A stretch of DNA of 63,199 bases, counting the filler, from Choristocarpus tenellus KU-1152 (taxonomy: Eukaryota > Protista > Phaeophyceae), in NCBI GenBank assembly GCA_964200185.2. It is 8 parts of 8 records of this genome, joined end to end, with 100 filler letters (N's around TTAATTAATTAA, not from the genome) between each part and the next. Parts side by side here need not be neighbours in the genome. Positions count along the whole stretch, not along the records: positions 21,031 to 30,783 come from CAXNAD020003427.1; positions 30,884 to 35,871 come from CAXNAD020012265.1; positions 35,972 to 39,963 come from CAXNAD020016769.1; positions 40,064 to 49,482 come from CAXNAD020003686.1; 4 more parts are not named here. One strand, given 5' to 3'. A program made the translations under genes and the position numbers. Position 1 is the first letter of the stretch; each line of letters opens with the position of its first letter. Of this stretch, positions 28,501 through 40,560 are shown piece by piece. The notes under the pieces are model-generated. The model saw only the letters and a program-made list of their open reading frames with translations, had not been told where the DNA came from and did no database searches.

Positions 28501-30479
28501 TGATGTGGTATTTTATTTTGTGGTTTTTGGAGACTGACAAGGAGAACATGACAGAGCGCTAGTTTGTAAGGAAGAGGAATCACTTCACATTCAGAGCAGG
28601 GGAATGTGTCAAAAGTGACACCAAAATACTTAAGAAATCACCAGACAGTGATTTCGTGGTTGCAACATTGGATGTGATGCATGGAACCAAACGTGCATCA
28701 ATAACCTGGCATCATGTTCAGGGTTAGGGTTGACTAGATATAATGGATGGATGAATAAGATGCAACTCTTTTTTTTGCTGACATTTCAAATCCGACACAC
28801 ACGTGCCACCAAAATGGACCTCTCCTACCCAACTCTTTCACTCTCAAGGACGTCTAGATAAGGTGGCCGTTAACACAATTACTGTGATATTGGGGTTTAT
28901 TCAGGATGTATCACTTAACCGTAACAAGAACTTAGACCAACAAGGAGACACCCTACAGTCAAACCTTTTCACTCCATACATATACTGGGGAGGAGAGATG
29001 TCACCTTGGCAGAGGCACTCCACTTGCCACCATGTCATCAAGGTGACCAGCCAGCTTATCGACGAAGGCATTCATCTCATCCATTGTTTGCATCCACATG
29101 CGGTGGATCAAAGCCCAGTTGGCAAGCACTACGTCAGGGGCAAACTGACATTACAAGTGATCCACAACACAAACATACAAGGGCAGTAAGGTAAGTATGG
29201 CATTAGCAGGGGTGCGAGGGGTGGGGGCGGGGTGTGAGAGGAGGCAAGAGGAGGCAAGAAAAGCAGCTTGATAAGACCTAAAAGCTCTTGACCTACAAGT
29301 AGGCCTATGATAGTATCAATGCCATGCTTTCATGGTGGATTTGACAGCATCTGTTCACAACCCAACAAGCGAATATAAACATGTTAACAATACTATAATA
29401 ATATTGGTGGAAGATTCACTTCTTTCCCCTGAAAAAACTTGAATTCAAATCATTTGTGACATAACAGTAGAAAACCGCATGTAACCTCTAAGGGCCATAT
29501 CCCTGGGGCTAGGGGAAATGAAAGGGTGATCAATGCGCTTCAAAATATTATACCTTTGCAACAAACATAAATGCACTATGTGCCAATCTTTCCATAGATG
29601 TCAAGGGTTGGGTAGGTTGTGCATTGGGCATAACAACTATCTAGAGATGCAGGGCTTATGCTCAGCATGTGGAACTGCATGCATCTCGTCCTCAGAGAAG
29701 AGGCAGGTTATTTTCCCATCTGTGATAAGTATGCAAAGAACCAGGACCCATCCACATTCACGACATGTATGACATTCAGCATTTCTTTGTATATGCTGAG
29801 CTCTCCACCTGGTCACACACAAGTTGAATTGATGCACTCTGTGGCTGTCACTGAGGGGAGAGATCAGTCAGCTATTCTTGTCCATGGCACCATATCGGTC
29901 AACCAACGATCACAAACTATATCTCCTGCTCGAGTTATCCAAACACCAAACTCGGCTGCAAGCGCAAACCTACCCATAGCGGCAACCCCTTAAACACCCT
30001 TCCCAACAGGAGCGCTTGGGTTGCTCTCCACGACTCCTTTCGGGAGCAATTTGTTCCTCGAAAATCCCTTTCAGATGACTTTCTTTTCCACACATGCAGC
30101 GTGCCAAAAGATTCTATCAAGACGCTAATTAACTTTAAACTCGACCAACTATTAATATCTTCTTACTTTTGACGATAATATATATATATATATATATACG
30201 CAAGTCTGTCTCACAGTTACTTACGTTCTTCACTGAATAGTCCTGTAGGTTGCGGAGCCCATGTCGTGTAACAGACACCTCACCTTCGTAGGAACTAGAT
30301 AACTGAGGGGCACATCAGAGAGGGCATGCAACAACCGAATCATTCGCACACACCCACCTCACGGATGTAATTCGCAAAAATATGGCCATCCCATTGGTGC
30401 CATGCATCTGCCCCACAGTAAGACGTGCGAAACGCCTCATCATGCCCATAGTAAACAGGAATACCGTTCGGATGGCACC
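25564..30479 (-). CDS. SGNH/PC-esterase-like protein, 3' part
   Basis: Exons about 30479-30358 (CHPNGIPVYYGHDEAFRTSYCGADAWHQWDGHIFANYIRE), a possible 19-nt exon 30302-30284, 29128-29005 (LANWALIHRMWMQ...GVPLPR) and 25813-25564 (YRFWLSAPA...IDWLAMT...RDGLHPG...NLILHHIC..stop). The last two join in phase 2. The C-terminal DGxH plus LxxIC is typical of SGNH-fold esterases and acetyltransferases. Confidence 0.6.
26400..28930 (+). mobile_element. Ty1/Copia LTR retrotransposon, decayed (integrase, RT, RNase H, PPT, probable 3' LTR)
   Basis: Integrase YSLVVVDDFTR..IKSL*SDNGG. RT KARFMAQG, LEKSLYG, IRVDDML, MARPDIA. RNase H ADVDYA, RVTLSTAEAE, TKHRDVRYHY. PPT AGAGCAGGGGAA near 28593, followed by TGT. 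Confidence 0.88.
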
Positions 30480-30622
30480 CTTTCCCCACGAAGAATAGTA
30501 CAAATGTAATAGTACAAATGTATAATTGGAAGCAGAAAGGACAAGGACGAGATGAGGACAAGATTATTGGGTCGGGTCTGAGACAAGTCGAGGAGAGGGA
30601 AGTAATGTGCCACAAGATATTA

Positions 30623-30783
30623 GGCTCGAAGTTTCTGGGGGGGGGGTGGCGGCGGCGGCTGCCCATTTGGGGACAATTTTCTCATGTCGCGATTTTCGGG
30701 TGATTTGGTTGCATATGTTGGATGGATAATGAAAATGCACTTTTCCTGGTTTTGCCACAAACAGACACCCTGGTGCAGACCCC
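30623..30783 (-). mobile_element. MITE family B, truncated by gap
   Basis: Reversed body runs into the spacer at its C-tract. Confidence 0.9.
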
Positions 30784-30883
30784 NNNNNNNNNNNNNNNNN
30801 NNNNNNNNNNNNNNNNNNNNNNNNNNNTTAATTAATTAANNNNNNNNNNNNNNNNNNNNNNNNNNNNNNNNNNNNNNNNNNNN

Positions 30884-30971
30884 TGTATGCAACCAAATCA
30901 ACTAAAAATCGCTACATGAAAAAATTGACCCCAAAAGGAGAGCCGCCACCCCCTCCCAGATACTTTGAGCC
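30884..30971 (+). mobile_element. MITE family B, right half
   Basis: ...AAATTGACCCCAAAAGGAGAGCCGCCACCCCCTCCCAGATACTTTGAGCC. Confidence 0.9.
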
Positions 30972-31088
30972 TAGCCTCCAGCAGACTCCACTCCCTCCCG
31001 GTCCCTGCCCCACTTCGAGGTTTGGAAAAGTTCCCCTACAATTGAATGTTTTAATTGCTTCTTATCAATTGTTGAACTTGCATAACAG

Positions 31089-31929
31089 ACCTGACTACAC
31101 CTGGGCTTACGCCGGCGAAGCCAGCCTGCTAGTATATGCTTATCAAAAGCCAGATAGGGTATGCACCCAGGTGAGAGGGTCTACTACTGAACAACACAAC
31201 AGTGCACTCCAATTACTCTGAACAATTTTTTTTTTCTCCTTCCATGTCGACTTGTGTGTTTACTACCATTCCTTGCAGTGATTTCAGATGATGATCATAA
31301 TATTGGAAAATTTTCTAGAAGGAGTGTGTAGTTGGGAGGAAATGGTGCTTCGAAGTAAGCAATGCCTGCATCTGAATACGAAGCCCTTCTGGCCCTGAAG
31401 GGAGCGTGCTTGCAGCGCTCTCAGAAAGATCATAATATATTGTAGAATTTTCAAGAAGGGGTGTGTAGTTGGGAGGAATATAACGCTTCTCTGCATATTT
31501 AGTTTGATTGACCTTCCAAGCAAGCTGTAGCCGTATCTGAATATGAAACTGTCAAATTTATTTTACCCATAATTGTTTTCTTCGAGAAGCCACAGAATCA
31601 CTGCACACTTCCTTCCGTGTTCCATTCTGAGAAAATAATGAAGCACGTTCATGTTTCCCAAGTCCAGGGCCTGTCACAGCTTATCAAGTGCAAAACTTAG
31701 GCCCGCTACATCTTCACCCAATCACAGTCTCGCCACATGCCTACCCTATGCACCGTCACAGAACTCATGACCCAAAGTATCCGGGAGGGGGAGGGGGGGC
31801 TCTACACCAGGGTGTCCATTTGGGCCATAACCAGGAAAAGTTCACTTACATCACCCATCGGACGAATGCAATCAAATCACCCAAAAATCGCAACATGAAA
31901 AAATTGACCCCATATGGACAGCCGCCACT

Positions 31930-31963
<34 letters not shown>

Positions 31964-34900
31964 TTCCTCCCCCCCTCTCTCCCACCCCCCCCCCCCTCCN
32001 NNNNNNNNNCCCCCCCGAACAAAAAAAAAAAAACACCCCAAAAACCCCACAAAAAAAAAATTGCCCCCCTTGGGCACCCCCCCCCCCCCCCCCCCCCCCC
32101 CCCTCCCCTCCCCCAGACACTTTGAGTCGCATCTTCGCCCAATCACAGTCTCACTGCATGCCTACCTACCCTATGCACCGACACAGGCCTCTTTGTACCA
32201 CCGATTTACTTGCAACCCCGAAGGTGTGCTTCTGGGACCTAAGAGCAGGAGAGCGTCGAATAAAGCAGTACCATAGCCTGAAACTCTTGAATGCATCTGG
32301 AAGTCATGTCTCTCTCATCACCGGGCCGGACGATCGGGGGAGGTGAGACACTCGTAGCGAGAAAAGCAGGTAGAGGTGAGGTGAGGTGAGACACTCGTAG
32401 CGAGAAAAGCAGGTAGAGGTGAGGTGAGGTGAGACACTCGTAGCAAGAAAAGCAGGTAGAGGTGAGGTGAGGTGAGACACTCGTAGCGAGAAAAGCAGGT
32501 AGAGGTGACGGTGAGGGCACAGATGAAATTTGTCAATTGCTGACTTGCATTCACAGCTTCCCCAGTGGTGCGGAAGATGCATAGCCCTCCCGACGGGTAG
32601 GCAGTCAGTCTAGTGCAGAAAAGGGGTCCTCCTCCCCTTCCCCTTCCCCTTCCCCTTCCCAGCAAAGGACAAGACCCTAACCCCCTGTCGACCTCGACGA
32701 GAGGGGAAGATAATAACAGTTGTTTTTTGGATGCGTCTGTGGGGTGAGGTGAGTCATAGCCTCTCTCTCTCCCCTTTAAAAATAATAAATAAATAAACAA
32801 AAATAAATGAATAAATAATAGAGCTGTTATTCAATCGAGGATCGTGTCACGCTGTGTCGACGCGAACCGCCTCCCCTGTGCAATAAATAGAGACCAAAAT
32901 TTCCCTGAAAAAAAAAAATTAACTATATTATTTATTTATTTATTTTAATATTAGCTCTATTATTATTTTTTTCCCCACCGTGATGACTGACTAACCTAAC
33001 CCCGTCGCCCCTGTTTTGTTTGCAGGCACTTTGTGAACCTGGCCAACGCAATTGGGACAACCCTCGATTCGAGGCCCCTCTGTCTTAATCCCCGGTTTGC
33101 AGCAATGAGTAACACGCATGTGGCAGTGGCAGGGCCTGGGGCAGCCTATATCTGGCAGTATCGGACACAGGTAAAAAACACACCCTACTTTTTTTCTCCA
33201 CCAAGAAGAGCTCCACATACCCCGTTGTCTACATCCCTTGGGCACTTTGTTTCCATCCCTTCCGCTCCATCTCTCGTGTATTCTCATCTCCACGAATTGT
33301 TCCAAAAAAAAAAAAATGGATTGTCTCAGTGACCCCAAAAAATTCCAAGCGTAAGAAACGGCCGGGTGATTTGCAAATCCCGTGCCATGTTTCCACGGAC
33401 CATGAATAAGCGTTGAACTGGGCAGGAAGGCCCGGTTTTTTGTGCTCGAGGAGGACTCCGTACGTAGCGCATACATTTCATCTATTACATGGGGGGTTGT
33501 TTAGACACAGGAGTAAGTGCTTGAATTTTGGTGTGCACTACCAACAAGATGAAAGAGGCAGGCTAGGGCATGGACTTCGAGTCAGCAATATATATATACA
33601 TATAAAAAAATATATATATTGATTTTGGTATCAGACTTATCTAGACAAATAATTGTAAATTTCGCTTTGGTATGGCGAAGTAGCCTAGAAATTCTAATCC
33701 AGTGCAAGAGGTCTCTCTCTCAACCAAGTGCAGAATGAGGAACCCGCCAAATGCTTGTTTGATGATCCTTGTTTCCTGTGTGCACATGCTAGGCTCGGGG
33801 ATCTCTATCACTATATATTGGTGTTCCCTCAACTTGTGGCACTGGCACTCTTTCTGGACATGTTTTTATTGATAGTGCTAACTTCTGAAACTAGTGCCCA
33901 TTTCTCTTTAAAGGCGTGAATGTACATGACATGATCACCCTCAATGCTGATATTTTCGCTCACTGTCACCCCCTACAATGTGTGTGATTTGATCCACACT
34001 TGCACCAATGCAGTCACCTAAAGCAATGCTCCCCGATGCAGCATCAGCCATCACCAGTGCCATGAAAAGAATATCAGGTAGAGAGAGGGTGATCGACCCA
34101 AACAACCTGCAGACCTCTTCCTTCTCCATTGAGGCATATAAGCCTCCCGAGGGAGGGCATGATGTGACTAACCCAATTACAGGTATGCCTGATCTATCTG
34201 TGCTGTGTGTGTGTTTGCATGCTTGTTCATGGGGTGTGATGTGAGTTGTCTGAGTAGCCGCACTGTGTACATATTGGGTTCATGATTTACCGGTTGAAAA
34301 GGCAAGAAGAAATGGAAGAGAACCTACTCCTGGGCATTCTTCTCTTCATGTTCTCTGCTATGAAAAAAGCTCCAGAACTTTTTTTCTGCTGTCCTGCAAC
34401 AATAATGAAGCGGGTATGCAGCAGCGAGGGTGAAAGTGACAGAACCCCAAGAGGGGGGTCCAATATCAGGTAGATACGTCCTGAATATGTGATATGTTTC
34501 TCGCCTTCCAAGGAGGTTCATTTCCACGTCTTCCCGCACCCCCTGAGAAAAATAAGAAATAAGAATTTTGAAGGGGATTTTCACCCCGATTTTCACCCCG
34601 AGTGCAACTTGTACCGTCCTGCCTTTGACCTTCACCTCATTTTCTGAATGGGTTTGCTGCCCTTCAAGAATCCAACGCGTTATGAGTTCTCAATTTTTTT
34701 AAGAACTCTTTATGTTCTTTTACTGAATCCTCGAGGATTCAATACAATCTGTTCGCCGACAAGGTCCCCGTCAATCACCCCAGACCTCAATCTCGTGCCT
34801 CAGCCATAGCTGTGTCAGATAGTGCACTGGTCCTGGGGAGGGAGGATGGCACGCTTCAGCGATACACTCTCCCACATATCAGCCTAGAAAACAGGTGAAA

Positions 34901-35248
34901 CAAACAAACGTTTCGTTGAACTTGTTCTTGTGGGTGCTTGAAAGCTCAGCTTTGTCTCGCCAAATTTGTACAACAGGTACGCACACGTGCAGACTTGCTT
35001 GTGTACTTAAGCACACACCCATAAAGTCCGTTCACCGTAAGCATGCATACCCCCATTCCCCCGAACATCTCCATCCACACCCCTCCTTGATGCCTACGCT
35101 TATCAATCATGGATCATTTTTTACTGTGTCAAAACCAAGGTATACCACCAAGGGCAAGCCGCACCACCTGGCCTTCAATTGCAATAGCTCCCTTCTCGCA
35201 GTCATCGACTCCAACGGCATCCTGACTGTACTCGATCTAGAGGCAAAG
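31089..35248 (+). CDS. WDR35: WD repeat protein 35 / IFT121 (IFT-A), internal exons
   Basis: Exons 31089-31170, 32224-32342, 33026-33170, 34014-34182, 34804-34894 and 35140-35248 are all phase-compatible GT-AG. Peptides PDYTWAY..LVYAYQKPDR, VCFWD, NAIGTTLDSR, YIWQYR, QRYTLP and LAFNCNSSLLAVID match WDR35. Confidence 0.9.
31294..31545. repeat. Imperfect direct duplication, period about 135 bp
   Basis: GATCATAATAT...GAAGGRGTGTGTAGTTGGGAGGAA occurs twice. Confidence 0.75.
31769..32128 (+). mobile_element. MITE family B with low-quality poly-C expansion and a 10-N gap
   Basis: Both TIRs are present. The right half appears duplicated or garbled around the gap. Confidence 0.85.
32343..32510 (+). 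repeat. 43-bp minisatellite, about 4 copies, starting at a WDR35 splice donor
   Basis: Unit GTGAGACACTCGTAGCGAGAAAAGCAGGTAGAGGTGAGGTGAG at 32343, 32386, 32429 and 32472. Confidence 0.95.
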
Positions 35249-35776
35249 GTGATACTCCCTGTCCTCCCCCTAACTATGCAATTATGTGACTGCTGCGCCA
35301 CATCTGACAGTACAGGCCTGTGTCAAATCGTGCCACATTTAAAGAAAAACGTGTTTTCATCCTTTGAGGTCCAGCAGCCAGTCTGGTCTCGGATCATGGC
35401 CCATATATTGGTTCGAACTCCAACTACAGGGAATCTTAATCTCAATCCCAATGTAATTGTTGTGGAGACATGGCTGCACAACTCAAAACCTTGACCCTCT
35501 TTCTGATTAGAAATTGCGCTCCCAGCCCTTCCAAAACATTTGTATCAAGAGGGCGAAATCCCTCGGTCAGTGCTAGATATTGCTGGTGCACAATTTCTTG
35601 ATTTCTGTCCATGAACTCATATGCACCAATTAGAGACAAGCCCATAACCTAACCAATTCGAGTACCTCCCTTGATCTTTGACCCAATACAAATTTTGATC
35701 TTTCTGATACCCATACCCATTCCAATCATTTCTGCAAACTCATCTGCATGCATGGATCAACCCTCACCATGTCTTT

Positions 35777-35800
35777 GGCTCAAAGTATCTGGGGGTGGGT
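35777..35800. mobile_element. MITE family B terminal fragment near contig end
   Basis: GGCTCAAAGTATCTGGGGGTGGG. Confidence 0.75.
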
Positions 35801-36639
35801 GGAGTCAAGGGGTGTTGATGGGGGGTTATAGTACGGCGATTTATGGGTGTTGGTTAATTGGAGGTAAAGCCNNNNNNNNNNNNNNNNNNNNNNNNNNNNN
35901 NNNNNNNNNNNNNNNTTAATTAATTAANNNNNNNNNNNNNNNNNNNNNNNNNNNNNNNNNNNNNNNNNNNNTATTGTTTATGGCGTTTTTAAGGGTCGCA
36001 TCGTGGAGTATTTTTTTTTACTTTTTCCCTCCCCCCCCCCCCCCCCACCTCAAGAGGTTTTATATACACGCCCTTCGAATGTCGTTCACGTATGAAGGGT
36101 GAATTTTGCGTATGAAGGGGAGGACCCTTGTTTGCTTGTGCCAAAGAAGGGTACAACTCCTGTCAAAATCGTTTTGTCGTGGGCTCAATATTTCGTTGTC
36201 AAGATAGCCCTAACCCTAACCTCGTCGTATGTGCAACAGCAACAAAAATAACAAAAAAAATAACATTCGAGGAGATTGTCTTGACTTCAAAGTGCAACCA
36301 CAACCGCAGATTTTTTTTTTCTTTTTTTCCTCTCAGGGCCCTCCCCAGCCACAGCCACCGCCCCTCCCTCCCACCCTCCTTCCGGTGACCCCTTTCTCCT
36401 CCGTAGATGAGACTCTCGACCCCTCTACTCGACCCCCTCAAATCTATTCCGTTTTGCACTGGAACAATAATAGTAATGATAATAATAACAACAATAAGAA
36501 CAATACAAAAGAGAGACTTTTCCCCCCCCTTTACTACGTGTAATGTATATTTTTTGAAAGAGTGCACTCGTAAATCGCATATAGAGCCGGTGCATGAGCC
36601 AAGCAAATATGACTACGAGACGTTTGTCCCAGGTGTTGA

Positions 36640-36672
<33 letters not shown>

Positions 36673-36822
36673 CATTTTATTATTATTATTATTATTGGTC
36701 AACTCCCCAACTCCTCTTTTTTCTTTTTCTTTTTGCCATGGCGATGTATTTGTCGCAATCAGTTACTACTCTTTTATTTTATTTTATTTTATTTTTTTCT
36801 TCTTCTTGTCTCGGGAAAACAG

Positions 36823-38929
36823 ATCACTGTCTTCCCGGGGGAGGACACGCCTAAGCCGTCGCGTGTGATAGCGAAGGCACGGTGGGGTGCTAACCCTAAC
36901 ACTTTGCTGACGGGATCTGCGGATGGGTTTCTGCGGGTGTGGGATGTTCGAAGTGGGCAGAAGGTCAACCAGGTGTGTGAATGGTCTGTCGTTCTTGTTT
37001 TGTTTGCTTGTCTGCCTTGTGTCTGCCTTGTGTCTGCCTTGTGTCTGTGTGCTGGATTGCTTGATATGCATGTTTGCGGATTATGTGGGTAAGGAGGTGG
37101 TTGTAACCACATCTGAATATTGTAGGTCCAGGAGAGAGTGTAGTGGGACTCTGCCCATGTCGAGCGCCCGCTTCATAGTTGTGGGGAACCTGATACATGC
37201 CTGAGATGGATTGGTTGGTATGAGTGGAGTATTTATTGATGGTATGTGGATTCGACGGGTAGGTGTGTAGTGGATGCTGTGGTTACTCTTTAGGGGGAAA
37301 GGCTCATTGCCTACCTCACCTGGCAAAGAAATTATCAATGGTTGTGAGGCAGGTAGGGTCGAGTTAGTTTGCTTGGATTGTTGCATCTTGGTTGTTGATT
37401 GTTGATTGTGCTTCCTTACTGTTTTGTATTCCCTGTATGTGATGAATATGTGATGAGATCCAGTACCTGCTCTGTAGCCTAGGGGGAGGGGGCTGGAAGA
37501 AGGGAAGGTGTGTTTGTGGGTTAAGTTGTGAAGTGATATCATTGACTTTGTGGGTTAAGGCCAGGTACGTTGTATTTTTTGTTTGCAGGCTTTACACAGT
37601 CCTGGTGAGTTGGGGGGAATACAAGTGAGTTAGCCTTAGTTAGCCTTTTGAAGATCTGGTGAGCAAAGCACACGTTACGTACATTTGGATGGGAACAGAA
37701 TGTGCATGTGATTGTTTGACAGTATTTCGACAGTATTTGGAAGGTTCACTGTTTGTTGTTTGGGGTTATTTTACCTAGTGCTGACACGCTTGTTCCCATC
37801 CCCTCGTCTCATTGCCTCAGGTGGAGGTTGGGGGGGAGGTGAGGGATATGGAGATGTCGTGGGATATAGGCAAGGTAACGGTTGCAGCTGGAGACACTGT
37901 GCACTTCTATGATGCCAGTGAGTTCTTGCTTTTTGGGAGGGTATGTTTCTGAGAATAACATAGCATGTGCATTTGTGAATGTGGATTGTATATTCTCAGG
38001 TACATTTGTGTTTTGTCTTATTTTTGGGGGGGAGATTTTTTATGTAGCGTGTGCATGCATGTGTTTATGTACCTACTTTGTATCTGCACATATATTAGTG
38101 TGTATGCAGTTGTAGGACAAGTGTATCGCTTTGCTTTGGTTTAGTATCTGACTATGATAGGTACCCCCCCATGTTGTGAATCCCAATATGAGGTGAGTAG
38201 CTAGCATTTTTTGCACCAATGTATTAGTGTTGTAAGAACCGACACACTTGGCATTGCTACAGTGCTTTGGTAGTGTGCTTATGTAACGCCTGCACAGGTG
38301 AGGCGCAGATGCATTTGTTAAGGGATGTTACAGTGACTACATATAGGACCTTTGCAAGGAGGGTGCTAAGCATTACTCCCTTCAAGCTATACCCTCCACC
38401 CCCGCCCGCAATTAGTTGTCTCTGGTTGTAAATGCCAGCCAAACATCTTACGTTTATCTGCATTCTAGTTTCTGTAGAAACGCCTCTGTGAATTGAAAGC
38501 CTCACTCCACACAGCCAGCAGACCCGCCCAGGGCTGCAGTATCATCACTTGCCCCCCAGCAGGTTCTCTCTTCCTCTCCTCAATTGTTTCTACTCTTGGA
38601 ACTCCAATTGTGTCTTTATACCGGTCCACTTCTATGCAGTCCAATTCTGTTAAATTTTTGGTGTTTTCCTGCCTGGAATTCCTAACCTTATTTGGGGCTC
38701 CGGGGGTGTATTAACTATGAATACACATCAACCATTTTTTTGTTTTTTGTGTGCATTGTCTAATGCAGATACTTTTGAGGAGCTCAAGCGCCACCCCATG
38801 CCCATCAACTTCAAGAATGAGGGGGGTGCATCACTGCATCCCAAGGGGGACAGGTTCATAGCGGGAGGATCTGATCTGTGGGTTAGGGTGTTTGACTATG
38901 AGACAGGAGAAGAGATGGAATGCCTCAAG
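36823..38929 (+). CDS. STRAP: Serine-threonine kinase receptor-associated protein (STRAP/UNRIP) WD40, internal exons
   Basis: Exons 36823-36972 (LLTGSADGFLRVWDVRSG), 37821-37917 (VRDMEMS..VTVAAGDTVHFYDA) and 38769-38929 (ASLHPKGDRFIAGGSDLWVRVFDYETGEEMECLK), phase-compatible. Confidence 0.85.
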
Positions 38930-40063
38930 GTATTCATAGATCATCATACGGGAAAAGGGGAGGGGGGGTGAGAGGAAAGCTGAGAGGTTCTGTTGGATTG
39001 TTGCTGTGACTGTATCTGATCTGTATGGTGGGAGATTTGTTGCTTGATGTATAGTGTAGGCCTATGTCCCCGTTGAATTTTAATGTTTTTTTCAGTGTTG
39101 GTGGACATTTTGTGCCCAGGCATACCGTTGATGTTAGTCTTTTTGTGTAGATCTGGAGAAATTGGAAGTGTGATAAGAAATGGTATGAATGATGTTTCAC
39201 CTAACACTTCACATAATTGTGTTGAACCCCCTCCCCCCCCCTCCAAATTGTTATTCTTCGCCGATTTGTTGGGACCTTTGTATTGCAAGTTGACTCAGCT
39301 CTTGGTGGGGGTGTCACTATTCCGATTTGAATTCTCCCCTCCCTATCTCTCCAGACCCAACTGAAATAGGAACAAAGTAGGGGGGGGGGGAGGGGTCATC
39401 AAATAGTTGTGTGTTTGATATATAGATACGAGATCTGTCTGAGGTGAAGGAGGGGGATGAGGGTGCCCAAGGTCTCTGCTTTTGTGATGGCAAGAGTTCG
39501 TGCTTGTCTTGAACATGTTTGCTGTGTGAGAATGCACCACATACTTGTGATTTGATGTCATATACACTACTTACCTCATCCAAAGGTTCATTGGATACAT
39601 TCGTTATCACCCCCCTCATCCCTAGGACCACCAAGACCCCTTCGCCCTCTACAAACATTTCTATAGCCTTTTTTTTGTTTATTGGTGTAACCCCTCCTAA
39701 CGTACTACCGTATGTCGAACTGCACTGCTATTGTAGAGTTTTTTCCTCGATGCAAAGACCTTTTTGTTTGTTTGTCTACCTAATCATTTGTCTTTTCCAT
39801 CTCACTATGACTAAGTGATGCCACTAGGGTACAGGATACATTGCAGGGAGGAAGATGTCTGATGAGATCAAAGTCCCTTTTTTTTCTGTAGCTGTGTCCA
39901 GATTTTGTCTCTCTGTGTGTGTGTGTGTCATGTCCCCTACCTGACTGTGAAACGATTTCCCCCNNNNNNNNNNNNNNNNNNNNNNNNNNNNNNNNNNNNN
40001 NNNNNNNTTAATTAATTAANNNNNNNNNNNNNNNNNNNNNNNNNNNNNNNNNNNNNNNNNNNN

Positions 40064-40086
40064 CCCCCCCCCAGATACTTCGAGCC
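40064..40086. mobile_element. MITE family B terminal fragment at contig start
   Basis: (C)nAGATACTTCGAGCC. Confidence 0.75.
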
Positions 40087-40560
40087 ATGTATTATCCTTT
40101 GTCTATTGGACCCTGCAAGAAACGAGTCTCATGACTTGAAAATGGAGTTTCATTCTCAAGTGCTGATATGGTTGGTAGTAGAAGGATATTAAAATACTCA
40201 GTATTATCAACTGGTTACCAGCTAATAAAAGTACCCTTCAATTTGTTTTTTTCATCAAAACCCATCACACAACTGTACTAGAACATGGATATCAGAGCAT
40301 AAGAAGAAATAGAAAGGGTGGAGAGTGGTTTTCAAACAAGAGGTGCCTCCCATGCGTGCCCAACTTTCAGGTAATCTCGATAGTTACCCAGTGAAGGAGA
40401 TCAGCCAAAATTCCAGCCACTTGATGTCCCATCCTGGTAGAAATTTGCAGGTGTGGATGATACCATGCAGAACCCCTGCACTAAGGTTCTCAGAAACACT
40501 TAGGAACAAAGATCATTGCCTCATTCTCCTCCTGTACCCCTCATCTCACATTTCTTGCAG

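Noticed and set aside
31688-32276. Poly-Pro and poly-Gly ORFs
   Set aside because: Translation of the poly-C tract and low-quality sequence of a family B MITE around a 10-N gap.
32343-32510. CRISPR-like array
   Set aside because: Units are contiguous tandem copies with no unique spacers, no cas genes, and a eukaryotic intron context.
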